This document shows, piece by piece, positions 37,272 to 47,070 of a stretch of 64,000 nt of DNA. Each line of letters opens with the position of its first letter. Within the stretch, counting starts at the first letter, position 1. The translations under genes were made by a program, and so were the position numbers. The stretch covers positions 117,920 to 181,919 of the forward strand of contig JAGUYM010000014.1 of assembly GCA_020061305.1 (NCBI GenBank), read 5' to 3'. Below the pieces are notes generated by a model. That model was not told the origin of the DNA. It saw only the letters and a program-made list of their open reading frames with translations, and did not search any database. Source of the DNA: Candidatus Woesebacteria bacterium. Its GTDB lineage: Bacteria; Patescibacteriota; Microgenomatia; UBA8517.

Positions 37272-39440
37272 ATGGCCGAGGAAAAAGCAAAAAAGTCCAG
37301 TATGGTTATGACGGTTACTAAAGACCGTCAAGTTCCTTTGGATAAAATTAGAAACATCGGGATTATTGCCCACATTGATGCAGGAAAAACTACAACAACA
37401 GAAAGACTTCTTTATGAAACAGGAAGAACTTATAAATTAGGATCAGTCGATGATGGGACAACAGTTACTGACTGGATGGCACAGGAAAGAGAAAGAGGCA
37501 TAACAATAGTTTCAGCCGCAATTACCGCTTTTTGGGAATTAAAGGAAACCAGTTCCGTAGAGAATGGAAAATATAGAATTAATTTAATAGACACTCCTGG
37601 TCATATTGATTTTACTGCAGAAGTTGAAAGATCTCTTAGGGTTCTTGACGGAGCTTTGATGGTTTTTGACGGTAGAACTGGAGTTGAAAGCCAATCTGAA
37701 ACGGTTTGGAGACAGGCTGATAAATATGATGTTCCAAGAATTTGTGTTTTAAATAAACTTAATTTAATTGGGGCTGATTTTGAAGCTTCAATAAAATCAA
37801 TTAGAGAAAGATTGGGTGCAAATGCCTCACCTGTAACTTACCCAATTGGATTGGAACATGCACATCGTGGAGTAGTTGATTTAATATCTATGAAGGCCTT
37901 AACCTATAAAGCAATTGAAGATCATGCATTAACTGAAGAAGAAATCCCTGCAGACCTACTTGAAATTGTTAAAAAATATAGACAAGAACTTATCGAAAAA
38001 GTTTCCGAATTTGATGATAAAGCACTTGAGTATTACATGGAAGGAAAAGAACCAGATGAAATTACTTTAAAAAGAGCAATTAGAAAAGGTGTTATAAGTG
38101 GCAAGTTTTTCCCAGTATTTGGTGGAGATAACAGAACTGCAGAAAGCCAACTTTTATTAGATGGAGTTGTTGAATATTTACCATCTCCTACTGATTTGGT
38201 AGCAGTAACAGGAACAAACCCCAAAACTGGAGAGGTAGTTAAAAGAGAAAGAAAAAATGAGGAAGTTTTTTCAGGTCTTGCCTTTAAAGTCGTGACCGAT
38301 CCACATGTGGGAAGGCTTGTTTATGTCAGGGTTTATTCGGGGACACTAAAAACAGGTCAAACAGTATTAAACACCACAAAACAAATTCAAGAAAGAATTG
38401 GAAAATTGGTTCTTCTTCATGCTGACCAAAGAGAACTTATAGAAGAAGCATTTGCTGGTGAAATCGTTGCAGTAGTCGGGGTTAAAGACACTTCAACGGG
38501 TCACACTATTTGCGATCCATCTCAGCCGATTTATCTCGAGTCGATATCTTTCCCTGAACCAGTTATTTCCCTTGCTATTGAACCTGCAACAAAATCAGAT
38601 CAGGAAAAAATGGGAATTGCATTAAATAAACTTTCTGATGAAGACCCCACATTTAGAATCAAAACAAATCAGGAAACCGGCCAGACAATTATTGCAGGTA
38701 TGGGGGAACTTCAGTTGGAGGTTTTGGTTGATAGAATGAAAAGAGAATTTAATGTGGTCGCGACCACAGGTGCACCTCAAGTTGCCTACAAAGAAACTAT
38801 TAAAAAATATGCAGAGGGTGAGGGTAAATACATTAGGCAAACTGGGGGTAGAGGTCAATATGGGCACTGTTTCATCAAAGTTGAGCCAAAAGGTAGAGGT
38901 GAAGGATTTGAGTTTGTTAATCAAATTAAAGGTGGAGCAATTCCGGCAGAATATATTCCTGCAATTGAAAAAGGTGTTAAGGAAAAACTTGAAAATGGAA
39001 TCATGGCAGGATTTCCACTAGTTGATGTTAAGGTGATCGTTTATGATGGAACCTATCACGATGTAGATTCTTCTGAAATGGCCTTTAAGATTGCGGGATC
39101 GATGGGGGTTGAGGATGCTGTCAGAAAAGCTGACATGGTTCTTCTGGAACCTATTATGAAGGTTGAGGTTTTTACACCTGCAGAATATATGGGTGATGTT
39201 ATGGGAGACCTTTCTAGTAAAAGAGGGCAGATTTCAGGGAGTGAAGAAAAGGCAGGAGAAACAGTTATCTATGGGATGGCACCTTTAGCTGAACTTTCAG
39301 GTTATGCAACTAAATTGAGATCTCTTACACAAGGAAGGGCAAGAGCATTCATAGAACCTTCCCATTATGAAGAGGTTCCAGCTCATATTGCAGCTCAAAT
39401 TGTAGCTAAATCCGGCAAGGTCGAAATGCCTCGTGGCTAA
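37272..39440 (+). CDS. fusA: Elongation factor G
   Basis: AHIDAGKTT, RGITI, DTPGH, GGRGQYGH, HDVDSS. Confidence 0.99.
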   Translation: MAEEKAKKSSMVMTVTKDRQVPLDKIRNIGIIAHIDAGKTTTTERLLYETGRTYKLGSVDDGTTVTDWMAQERERGITIVSAAITAFWELKETSSVENGKYRINLIDTPGHIDFTAEVERSLRVLDGALMVFDGRTGVESQSETVWRQADKYDVPRICVLNKLNLIGADFEASIKSIRERLGANASPVTYPIGLEHAHRGVVDLISMKALTYKAIEDHALTEEEIPADLLEIVKKYRQELIEKVSEFDDKALEYYMEGKEPDEITLKRAIRKGVISGKFFPVFGGDNRTAESQLLLDGVVEYLPSPTDLVAVTGTNPKTGEVVKRERKNEEVFSGLAFKVVTDPHVGRLVYVRVYSGTLKTGQTVLNTTKQIQERIGKLVLLHADQRELIEEAFAGEIVAVVGVKDTSTGHTICDPSQPIYLESISFPEPVISLAIEPATKSDQEKMGIALNKLSDEDPTFRIKTNQETGQTIIAGMGELQLEVLVDRMKREFNVVATTGAPQVAYKETIKKYAEGEGKYIRQTGGRGQYGHCFIKVEPKGRGEGFEFVNQIKGGAIPAEYIPAIEKGVKEKLENGIMAGFPLVDVKVIVYDGTYHDVDSSEMAFKIAGSMGVEDAVRKADMVLLEPIMKVEVFTPAEYMGDVMGDLSSKRGQISGSEEKAGETVIYGMAPLAELSGYATKLRSLTQGRARAFIEPSHYEEVPAHIAAQIVAKSGKVEMPRG

Positions 39441-39502
39441 CACCAAATTTCAAATTTATAATGAAAATTATCAACTAATTGATAATTAAATATTAAATAA
39501 AT

Positions 39503-39527
39503 GAAAATTTATTGAAAATTGTAAATT
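39503..39527. repeat. 7-mer repeat between fusA and tuf
   Basis: gaaaatt-tatt-gaaaatt gtaaatt. Confidence 0.55.
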
Positions 39528-39549
39528 AGATTTAACCTTATTTTAGGTG

Positions 39550-39617
39550 TTGACACTTTTTGTTGGTGTCATTTATAATACCTTTGCTTGAGGCAATAGA
39601 GATGCCTCTTGTTTTTT
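39550..39617 (+). promoter_or_regulatory. Internal tuf promoter with an inverted repeat and a leader hairpin/U-tract
   Basis: TTGACA-18-TATAAT; TGACAC...GTGTCA 39551-39571; GAGGCA-7-TGCCTC + TTGTTTTTT. Confidence 0.65.
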
Positions 39618-39646
39618 GAAAGATTTGAAAATATAATAATAAAACT

Positions 39647-40852
39647 ATGGCACCAGCAGATACAAAACAAAAATTTGATAGGACGAAACCACATGTCAAT
39701 GTTGGTACTATTGGCCATGTAGATCATGGAAAGACAACTTTAACGGCTGCTATTACTACCGTTCTTGCAAAAAATTTTCCGGGTGGAGTAAATAAGGCCT
39801 ATGCATTTGATCAAATTGATGCGGCACCAGAAGAAAAGCAAAGAGGAGTTACAATTAACATTTCCCATGTAGAGTACGAAACCAACAAAAGGCACTATGC
39901 TCATATTGATGCTCCAGGCCACGCAGACTACATCAAAAACATGATTACGGGTGCAGCTCAAATGGACGGTGCCATTTTGGTTGTATCGGCTCCGGATGGA
40001 CCAATGCCTCAAACAAGAGAACATGTTATTCTTGCCCGTCAGGTTAATGTTCCGGCACTTGTAGTTGCGCTTAATAAGTGTGATGCCATGACAGATCCAG
40101 AGCTTTTGGATTTGGTCGAAGCAGACATTCGAGACCTTCTTAAGAAATATCAGTTCCCTGGTGATGAAATCCCAGTTGTAAGGGTTTCCGCACTTAAGGC
40201 AATGGAAGGTGATGCAGAGGCTCAGAATGGAATCTTGGAACTCATGAAAAAAGTAGATGAGTATATTCCTGATCCAGTCAGAGATACTGAAAAGCCATTC
40301 TTGATGCCGGTTGAAGATGTTTTCTCAATCTCGGGTCGTGGAACGGTTGTTACAGGTAGAGTTGAAAGAGGTCAGATTAATGTTAATGAGGAAATTGAGA
40401 TAGTTGGTATTAAAGCGACACAAAAATCTACAGTTACAGGTCTTGAAATGTTTAGAAAGCTTCTTGATTCAGCAGTTGCTGGCGACAATGTTGGAGTACT
40501 TTTAAGAGGTATTGAAAAAGATCAAGTTGAAAGAGGACAAGTGTTGGCAAAGCCCGGATCAGTTACACCACACACAGAGTTTGAAGCTGAGGTTTATATT
40601 CTTTCCAAGGACGAAGGTGGAAGACACACACCGTTCTTTACTGGTTACAAACCACAGTTCTTTATAAGAACCGGGGATATTACAGGTGAAGTAAAACTTC
40701 CTGAAGGTGTTGAAATGGTTATGCCTGGAGACAATGCAAAGATGAGTGTTAAACTTATTGCTCCAGTTGCAATGGAAGAAGGTTTGAGGTTCGCTATAAG
40801 AGAAGGTGGACATACAGTTGGAGCGGGTATTATTACAAAGATAATTGCCTAA
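39647..40852 (+). CDS. tuf: Elongation factor Tu
   Basis: [21 protein letters not shown]. Confidence 0.99.
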   Translation: MAPADTKQKFDRTKPHVNVGTIGHVDHGKTTLTAAITTVLAKNFPGGVNKAYAFDQIDAAPEEKQRGVTINISHVEYETNKRHYAHIDAPGHADYIKNMITGAAQMDGAILVVSAPDGPMPQTREHVILARQVNVPALVVALNKCDAMTDPELLDLVEADIRDLLKKYQFPGDEIPVVRVSALKAMEGDAEAQNGILELMKKVDEYIPDPVRDTEKPFLMPVEDVFSISGRGTVVTGRVERGQINVNEEIEIVGIKATQKSTVTGLEMFRKLLDSAVAGDNVGVLLRGIEKDQVERGQVLAKPGSVTPHTEFEAEVYILSKDEGGRHTPFFTGYKPQFFIRTGDITGEVKLPEGVEMVMPGDNAKMSVKLIAPVAMEEGLRFAIREGGHTVGAGIITKIIA

Positions 40853-40876
40853 ATATTATTATTAGCACTTTATTTT

Positions 40877-41179
40877 ATGCAGAGAATTAGAGTTAAGCTA
40901 AAAGCTTACGACCACAGAGTACTAGACGAAGCGGCTAGTAAAATTATTGATAGCGCATTGGCTTCAGGTGCAAAAGTTTCAGGACCGACCCCACTTCCAA
41001 CAGAACGATCGATAACAGTTATTAAGGAATCTCCATTTACGGATAAAGATGCCCAAGAGCATTATGAAGTGTTAATTCACAAAAGAATGATTGATATTAT
41101 TGATCCCACACCTAGAACAGTGGATTCCTTGGGTAATTTTGACCTCCCTGCTGGCGTCTCCATAGAAATCAAAATATAA
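40877..41179 (+). CDS. rpsJ: 30S ribosomal protein S10
   Basis: RIRVKLKAYDH, GPTPLPT, LPAGVSIEIK. Confidence 0.98.
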   Translation: MQRIRVKLKAYDHRVLDEAASKIIDSALASGAKVSGPTPLPTERSITVIKESPFTDKDAQEHYEVLIHKRMIDIIDPTPRTVDSLGNFDLPAGVSIEIKI

Positions 41180-41199
41180 ATTTTAAATAAATCATTTAC

Positions 41200-41229
41200 T
41201 TGCGTAAACCCAGCTTTGTTTGATATAAT
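41200..41229 (+). promoter_or_regulatory. Promoter upstream of rplC
   Basis: TTGCGT-18-TATAAT with extended TG. Confidence 0.65.
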
Positions 41230-41301
41230 TCTATTCTATAGAAACATGGAGGTGGTTATACTAGTCTAAACCTTGGAGTTCCTTAGGCTTAAAGGATTAA
41301 A

Positions 41302-41323
41302 GACGCCTTCGGCGTTTTTTTTT
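41302..41323 (+). terminator. Intrinsic terminator/attenuator in the rplC leader
   Basis: GACGCC-TTC-GGCGTT followed by a T run. Confidence 0.75.
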
Positions 41324-41346
41324 GGCTAGCTAGTCTTACTAAAAAA

Positions 41347-41970
41347 ATGAATAAACTATTTGGTATAAAAGATAGAATGACACAAGTTTTTGTCAATGAT
41401 ATTCGTGTTCCTGTAACTGTGGTCAAAATGGAGCCTTCAGTTGTTGCGCAGATTAAGACTATGAAAAAAGATGGTTATCAGGCAATTCAACTAGCTACCC
41501 ACTTTAATAGAAAACCCAAAAACACTTCTAAACAGCTTCGGGGAAAAATTAAACCACAAAATAATAAATATCCGAGATTTTTAAGAGAAATAAGGGTCGA
41601 TGATGAGTTTCAATATAAAATTGGAGATCTAATTAAAATAGAAGATGTTTTTGCTGTTGGGGATAAAGTAAAAGTAACTAGTGTAACAAAAGGCAAGGGT
41701 TTTGCTGGAGGAATTAGAAGATATGGCTTCCATGGTGGCCCTAAAACACATGGTCAATCGGATCGTCATAGAGCCCCAGGTTCTATTGGTCAAACCACAA
41801 CTCCTGGGAGAGTTTATAAAGGTAAAAGAATGGCAGGAAGAATGGGGTCAGATACGAAAACAGTTAAAAATTTAAAAATACTTTCTATAGATAATGAAAA
41901 AAATACCATTAATTTAAATGGTCCAATACCTGGAGTTCCAGGATCACTGGTTACAATTATTAAATTATGA
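41347..41970 (+). CDS. rplC: 50S ribosomal protein L3
   Basis: KGKGFAG, RAPGSIG, GKRMAGRMG. Confidence 0.98.
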   Translation: MNKLFGIKDRMTQVFVNDIRVPVTVVKMEPSVVAQIKTMKKDGYQAIQLATHFNRKPKNTSKQLRGKIKPQNNKYPRFLREIRVDDEFQYKIGDLIKIEDVFAVGDKVKVTSVTKGKGFAGGIRRYGFHGGPKTHGQSDRHRAPGSIGQTTTPGRVYKGKRMAGRMGSDTKTVKNLKILSIDNEKNTINLNGPIPGVPGSLVTIIKL

Positions 41971-42551
41971 AAATATCTGACTTAAAATTACCGAAGAAAT
42001 TTAAGACCAAAGAATTAAATAAATCTACTTTAAAGCAGGTTTTGGGAGTTTATGAAGATAAACTTCATTTAGGACTAAATAAAGTAAAAACTAGATCAGA
42101 GATAAACAGAACAAAGAAAAAATGGTATAAACAAAAAGGCACCGGAGGGGCAAGGCATGGAGCAAGATCGGCGCATGTTTTTGTGGGTGGTGGAGTAGCG
42201 CATGGCCCAACTGGAGTAAAAAGAATCAAAAAACTTACTAAAAATATCAAAAAATTGGCAACAAATTATGCGATTTCTTTGAAAGAAAAGGAGAAAAATT
42301 TGGTTTTGGTTTCGGCTCTTGAAAAGGTTAAAAAAACTGCAGAAATTTCCAAATTTATTAAAAATTTGAACACAGGAAATAAAAAAATATTATTTGCGAT
42401 AAGTGAAAAAAATAAAGATTCGGTAAAATTTATTAGAAACTTAAGGAATGTCAATGTGATGACTTTTGAAAATCTGAATGCATACCAAATTATAAAGCAT
42501 GGTATGTTAATAATTGATGAAACTGTGTTTAAAAAAGAAAAAATAAAATGA
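41967..42551 (+). CDS. rplD: 50S ribosomal protein L4
   Basis: QKGTGGARHG, GGGVAHGP. Confidence 0.97.
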   Translation: MKISDLKLPKKFKTKELNKSTLKQVLGVYEDKLHLGLNKVKTRSEINRTKKKWYKQKGTGGARHGARSAHVFVGGGVAHGPTGVKRIKKLTKNIKKLATNYAISLKEKEKNLVLVSALEKVKKTAEISKFIKNLNTGNKKILFAISEKNKDSVKFIRNLRNVNVMTFENLNAYQIIKHGMLIIDETVFKKEKIK

Positions 42552-42844
42552 AAATAAAGCCAATTTATACTGAAAAAAGCTTAGATTTAAGTAAAAAAGG
42601 AGTTTACAGTTTTTGGGTTTTGCCAAATTTTAGTAAAAATGAAATTTCAAATTACCTAAAATCCAACTTTGATGTTGTTGTTGGTAATATCAAAACTTTA
42701 AATTACAAAAAGCTTAAGAAAAAAACAATGAGAGGGGTAGTTAAAACTATTCCTGCAATGAAGAAGGTGTTGGTAACCTTAAAATCGGGGACACTTAATT
42801 GGTATGAGGAAGAGAAAAAGAAGATTAAACCTAAAAAGAAATGA
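42548..42844 (+). CDS. rplW: 50S ribosomal protein L23
   Basis: [15 protein letters not shown]; operon position. Confidence 0.93.
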   Translation: MKIKPIYTEKSLDLSKKGVYSFWVLPNFSKNEISNYLKSNFDVVVGNIKTLNYKKLKKKTMRGVVKTIPAMKKVLVTLKSGTLNWYEEEKKKIKPKKK

Positions 42845-43602
42845 GAAAACTTAAAATTTTATTAAATAAAAAATCAGGCCGAAACAACCAAGGAAGGCTG
42901 ACCATAAGGCATCAAGGTGGGAGGCATAAAAGATTTTTAAGGCTCATTGATTTTGTGAGAAGCAAAAAAGATGTTTGGGCCAAGGTGGAAGGAATTGAAT
43001 ATGATCCAAATAGAAATGCAAAAATCGCAAAAATTGTCTATGAAGATGGGTTAAGAAGTTATATAATAGCTCCCATTGGACTTGAAGTGGGTATGAAGAT
43101 ATTGTCTTCAAGTGATGCCCCCATTGAAGTTGGAAATTGTCTTCCACTAGGAAAAATTCCAGTGGGGCGAATGGTACATAATATTGAAATAAAACCTGGT
43201 AAGGGTGGTCAAGTTGCAAGAGGTGCTGGGGTAGGAGCAGTTGTTTTTGGGAGAGAAGACAAATATGTTTTAGTAAAAATGCCATCCAGTGAAATTAGGA
43301 GATTTTTACCCGAATGCACTGCAGTTATCGGGCAAGTCGGAAATGAGGAAGCAAAAAATGTCAATTTAAGAAAAGCAGGTGCTAGAAGGTGGAGGGGGAT
43401 AAGGCCAACTGTTCGTGGAGTTGCAATGCATCCTAAGGCTCATCCGCATGGTGGTGGTGAAGGAAGAAGCGGTGTTGGACTTAAATATCCAAAGACACCA
43501 TGGGGTAAAAAGGCCGTTGGAAAAACAAGAAAATATAAAAAATATTCAGACTATTTAATAGTTGAGGGTAGAAAAAGAGGAAAGGCGGGTTTGACCAAAT
43601 AA
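42841..43602 (+). CDS. rplB: 50S ribosomal protein L2 (N-terminally short)
   Basis: [23 protein letters not shown]. Confidence 0.98.
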   Translation: MRKLKILLNKKSGRNNQGRLTIRHQGGRHKRFLRLIDFVRSKKDVWAKVEGIEYDPNRNAKIAKIVYEDGLRSYIIAPIGLEVGMKILSSSDAPIEVGNCLPLGKIPVGRMVHNIEIKPGKGGQVARGAGVGAVVFGREDKYVLVKMPSSEIRRFLPECTAVIGQVGNEEAKNVNLRKAGARRWRGIRPTVRGVAMHPKAHPHGGGEGRSGVGLKYPKTPWGKKAVGKTRKYKKYSDYLIVEGRKRGKAGLTK

Positions 43603-43604
43603 AT

Positions 43605-43886
43605 ATGAGTAGAAGTAACAAAAAAGGACCGTTTGTAGATGAAAGACTAGTAAAAAAAGTCGCTTCCGGTATGGGCAATAAGGAAAACCCGATAAAAACA
43701 TGGTCAAGAGCCTGTCAAATATCGCCTGAGTTTGTAAATAAATATTTCCAAGTTCACAATGGAAAAATATTTATAGATGTTTTTGTAACTGAGGATATGG
43801 TGGGGCACAGACTTGGGGAATTTGCTCCAACAAGAACATTTAAAGGACATGGGGAAATAGTTAAAAGAACAATGGACAAGACTTAA
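43605..43886 (+). CDS. rpsS: 30S ribosomal protein S19
   Basis: [20 protein letters not shown]. Confidence 0.99.
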   Translation: MSRSNKKGPFVDERLVKKVASGMGNKENPIKTWSRACQISPEFVNKYFQVHNGKIFIDVFVTEDMVGHRLGEFAPTRTFKGHGEIVKRTMDKT

Positions 43887-43890
43887 TAAT

Positions 43891-44250
43891 ATGCAAATAA
43901 TATCTGAACAAAAACATTTACTAATTAGTCCTAGAAAAGTTAGGCCAGTTATCGATCTGATTAAAAAGATGACACCAAATGAAGCATTGGAAAAATTGCC
44001 ATTTATTAAAAAAAGAGCATCTGAAATCGTAGCTAAAGTAGTAAAATCAGCGATTTCAAATGCAATACAAAAAGGTATGGATTCAACAAACCTTATGTTT
44101 AAAGAGATAGTTGCTAATGAAGGACCAAGACTTAAAAGAGGTCAACCTGTGTCAAGAGGAAGGTGGCATCCGATTAAAAAAAGAATGACACACATTCGTG
44201 TTGTATTAACGACAAGAAAGGAGATAAAAAGAAATGAGTCAAAAAATTAA
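43891..44250 (+). CDS. rplV: 50S ribosomal protein L22
   Basis: SPRKVR, NEGPRLKR, THIRVV. Confidence 0.97.
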   Translation: MQIISEQKHLLISPRKVRPVIDLIKKMTPNEALEKLPFIKKRASEIVAKVVKSAISNAIQKGMDSTNLMFKEIVANEGPRLKRGQPVSRGRWHPIKKRMTHIRVVLTTRKEIKRNESKN

Positions 44251-44887
44251 TCCAATCGGCTTTAGAGTGGGAAGAACCATAAACTGGAAATCTAGGTGGT
44301 TTGCTGGAAACAACAATTACAAAGATTTTCTTTTAGAGGATATTAAGCTCAGAAAAGAAATTATGAAAAAACTTGTTCCAGCTGGAGTAACCGAGGTTGA
44401 AATTGAGAGACTTCCTAAAAGTCTTTCAATTTCAGTTACAGTTTCAAGGCCAGGTGTGGTTATTGGCCGAGGCGGAACAGGGATTGAAGAACTCAAAAAT
44501 TTTGTGACCTTTTTACTTAAAGGTAGTAATGTGACTAACATTTCTCAAGTTAAAATCGATCTTAAAGTTAAAGAACTTAAAAATCCTGAGATGTCTGCAC
44601 ATTTGGTAGCTGAAAAAATTGCACTTGATTTGGAAAGAAGAATTCCTCACAGAAGGGTAGTTATGAAGGCCATGGAAAGAGTCATGACATCGGGAGCTGA
44701 AGGTATAAAAATAGTTCTTTCCGGAAGAATAAATGGGGCAGAAATTTCAAGAGTTGAAAAGTTTAAACAAGGTTCCGTATCCACCCAAACACTTAGAGAA
44801 ATCATAGATTATGGACAGCGTCCTGCATTGACCAAAAGAGGTTATGTTGGTGTAAAAGTTTGGATACACAAAAGAGAGGAAGACTAA
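44234..44887 (+). CDS. rpsC: 30S ribosomal protein S3
   Basis: QKINPIGFR, RPGVVIG, GVKVWI. Confidence 0.98.
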   Translation: MSQKINPIGFRVGRTINWKSRWFAGNNNYKDFLLEDIKLRKEIMKKLVPAGVTEVEIERLPKSLSISVTVSRPGVVIGRGGTGIEELKNFVTFLLKGSNVTNISQVKIDLKVKELKNPEMSAHLVAEKIALDLERRIPHRRVVMKAMERVMTSGAEGIKIVLSGRINGAEISRVEKFKQGSVSTQTLREIIDYGQRPALTKRGYVGVKVWIHKREED

Positions 44888-45288
44888 TGTTAAAACCAAG
44901 AAGAAGAAAATATATAAAAGATTTTAGAGGCAGAAGAAAGGGCCTTGCCGTAAGAGGAAGTGAAGTAGTTTTTGGAGATTTTGGGTTAAAATCCCTTGGT
45001 GTTTCTTGGGTAACTGCAAATCAAATAGAAGCTGCTAGAAGAGCAATTACCCATCATTTAAAAAGAGGTGGAAGGGTTTGGATTAGAATTTTTCCGGATA
45101 AACCAATAACTGGAAGGGCGGCGGGAAAGAGAATGGGTGGAGGAAAAGGTGATATAGTTAACCATGTTGCTGTAGTAAAACCGGGGAAAATTATGTTTGA
45201 AGTTGGAGGTGCAAGCGAAGAATTAATAAAAGAAGCTTTTGCAAAGGCAAGTGCCAAGCTTCCTGTTAAAACAAAAATGGTTTCTTAA
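44887..45288 (+). CDS. rplP: 50S ribosomal protein L16
   Basis: Start re-called at MLKPRR; WIRIFPDKP, RMGGGKG. Confidence 0.98.
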   Translation: MLKPRRRKYIKDFRGRRKGLAVRGSEVVFGDFGLKSLGVSWVTANQIEAARRAITHHLKRGGRVWIRIFPDKPITGRAAGKRMGGGKGDIVNHVAVVKPGKIMFEVGGASEELIKEAFAKASAKLPVKTKMVS

Positions 45289-45296
45289 AAAAAGAT

Positions 45297-45455
45297 ATGA
45301 ATAATAGTGAACTAAAAAAATTGATTAGCAAAAAACGAGTTGAACTGGCAAAAATTCAGGTTAAAATAGCTAGTGGAAAAGAAAAAAACTTAAAACTTGC
45401 CAATAATATCAGAAAAGAAATAGCAAGGTTATTAACAAAATTAAATCAAAAATGA
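45297..45455 (+). CDS. rpmC: 50S ribosomal protein L29 (below the ORF-track cutoff)
   Basis: 52 aa MNNSELKKLISKKRVEL...IRKEIARLLTKLNQK between rplP and rpsQ. Confidence 0.9.
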   Translation: MNNSELKKLISKKRVELAKIQVKIASGKEKNLKLANNIRKEIARLLTKLNQK

Positions 45456-45673
45456 AAATATTTACAGGAAGAATAATTGGCATTAAAAACAATAAAACCA
45501 TTTCAGTTGAGGTGGAAAGATTCTTGTCACATAAACTTTATAAAAAAAGATACAAAAGAAGTAAGAAATATCAAGTACATAGCGAAAAAGAACATAAAGT
45601 TGGTGAAACTGTAAAGTTCATTGAATGTAAACCTATAAGTAAAACTAAAAAATGGAGAATAGTAGAAAAATAA
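45452..45673 (+). CDS. rpsQ: 30S ribosomal protein S17
   Basis: KTISVEVER, ECKPISKTKKW. Confidence 0.97.
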   Translation: MKIFTGRIIGIKNNKTISVEVERFLSHKLYKKRYKRSKKYQVHSEKEHKVGETVKFIECKPISKTKKWRIVEK

Positions 45674-45674
45674 C

Positions 45675-46040
45675 ATGGTACAACTGAGAACAATTTTACG
45701 ACCGGCAGACAACTCAGGAGCTAAAAAGTTGATGGTTATTGGGGTTCCGGGGAGGGTTGGTAGAAACGCATCTTTAGGAAAAGTGGTCTTGTGTGTTGTT
45801 ATGGGGGCAGATCCAAATGGTGCAGTTAAGGATCATGAAAAAGTAAAGGTGGTAATTGTTAGAACCAGAAAAGAAGTAAAAAGACCTGACGGCACCTATC
45901 TAAGGTTTGATGACAATGCAGGTGTGGTAATAGATAAACAAGGTTTACCTTTAGGGACAAGAGTTTTAGGTCCAATTGCACGAGAAGTTAAAGAAGCAGG
46001 ATTTAATAAAATTGCATCGTTGTCTAGAGAGGTCGTATGA
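45675..46040 (+). CDS. rplN: 50S ribosomal protein L14
   Basis: ADNSGAK, RFDDNA, GPIARE. Confidence 0.99.
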   Translation: MVQLRTILRPADNSGAKKLMVIGVPGRVGRNASLGKVVLCVVMGADPNGAVKDHEKVKVVIVRTRKEVKRPDGTYLRFDDNAGVVIDKQGLPLGTRVLGPIAREVKEAGFNKIASLSREVV

Positions 46041-46342
46041 ATAAAATTAAAGTAGGAGACACAGTCAAAGTGATAAGCGGTAAAGACAAGGGTCGTGAGG
46101 GCAAAGTGGAAAAAATTTTACCCAAAAAAAAGTCTGCAGTAGTTGTTGGGGTAAATATGTATAAAAGGCACTTGAAAGGTTTTCAAGGCCAAAAAGGAGG
46201 AATACACGATATAGCTAGGCCAATTTTAATTTCAAAGGTGATCTTAATTTGTCCCAATTGTAAAAAGGCGACCAGAGTTGGTGTAAAAATTGAAAAAGAA
46301 GAAAAATTAAGAATTTGTAAAAAGTGTAACAAAAAAATATGA
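46037..46342 (+). CDS. rplX: 50S ribosomal protein L24
   Basis: GDTVKVISGKDKG KOW motif; two CxxC pairs. Confidence 0.97.
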   Translation: MNKIKVGDTVKVISGKDKGREGKVEKILPKKKSAVVVGVNMYKRHLKGFQGQKGGIHDIARPILISKVILICPNCKKATRVGVKIEKEEKLRICKKCNKKI

Positions 46343-46881
46343 CAAAGTTATTAGAAAAATATCAGAAAGAAATTAGACCTAAATTGATGGAAGAGTTTGG
46401 GATTAATAATTCAATGGCCACGCCTAGACTTATTAAAATTATCATAAATATCGGAATTGGAGACTTATTGAAGAACAAAGAGGGCAAAGAAGCTATACTT
46501 AGAGATTTTTCAGCCATTTTGGGACAGAAATTGGCCGAGAGAAAGGCCAGGATTTCAGTTTCTGCCTTTTCTGTTAGAGAAGGGATGGTTGTTGGTTTAA
46601 CGGGTACTTTAAGAAAGGTTAGAATGTATGATTTTTTTGATAAATTTGTTAATATAGTCCTTCCTCGGTTAAGAGATTTTAGGGGAGTTTCAAGGAAAAG
46701 CTTTGATGGTAGAGGAAATTATACGATTGGTTTTACTGATCATACAGTTTTTCCTGAAATTGATGTTACAAAATCAGCTCCTGCTCACGGATTTGAGATT
46801 ACTTTTGTAACAAATGCAAAAGGGGACGGAAAGGGAGAGAGGTTATTAGAATTATTGGGAATGCCCTTTACGAAAAATTAA
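46339..46881 (+). CDS. rplE: 50S ribosomal protein L5
   Basis: LPRLRDFRG, FDGRGNY, LGMPF. Confidence 0.98.
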   Translation: MTKLLEKYQKEIRPKLMEEFGINNSMATPRLIKIIINIGIGDLLKNKEGKEAILRDFSAILGQKLAERKARISVSAFSVREGMVVGLTGTLRKVRMYDFFDKFVNIVLPRLRDFRGVSRKSFDGRGNYTIGFTDHTVFPEIDVTKSAPAHGFEITFVTNAKGDGKGERLLELLGMPFTKN

Positions 46882-46884
46882 ATT

Positions 46885-47070
46885 ATGGCAACAACAGCAA
46901 AAGAACAGAGAGAGTTAAAAAAATTAAAGTATAAAATAAGGTATAGAAACCGATGTAAGTTGTGTGGGAGACCAAGGGGTTATATAAGAAAATTTGGTCT
47001 ATGCAGACTTTGTTTTAGAGAACAGGCATTGGCGGGTAATTTACCCGGCGTTAGAAAGGCAAGTTGGTAA
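46885..47070 (+). CDS. rpsN: 30S ribosomal protein S14, zinc-binding type
   Basis: [25 protein letters not shown]. Confidence 0.98.
   Translation: MATTAKEQRELKKLKYKIRYRNRCKLCGRPRGYIRKFGLCRLCFREQALAGNLPGVRKASW

Noticed and set aside
10192-39527. Short repeats interpreted as a CRISPR array
   Set aside because: Units are 7-9 nt, have no unique spacers, and no cas genes are present.
40859-40870. TTAGCACT half-CIRCE before rpsJ
   Set aside because: Only one arm; no matching right arm at the 9-nt spacing.
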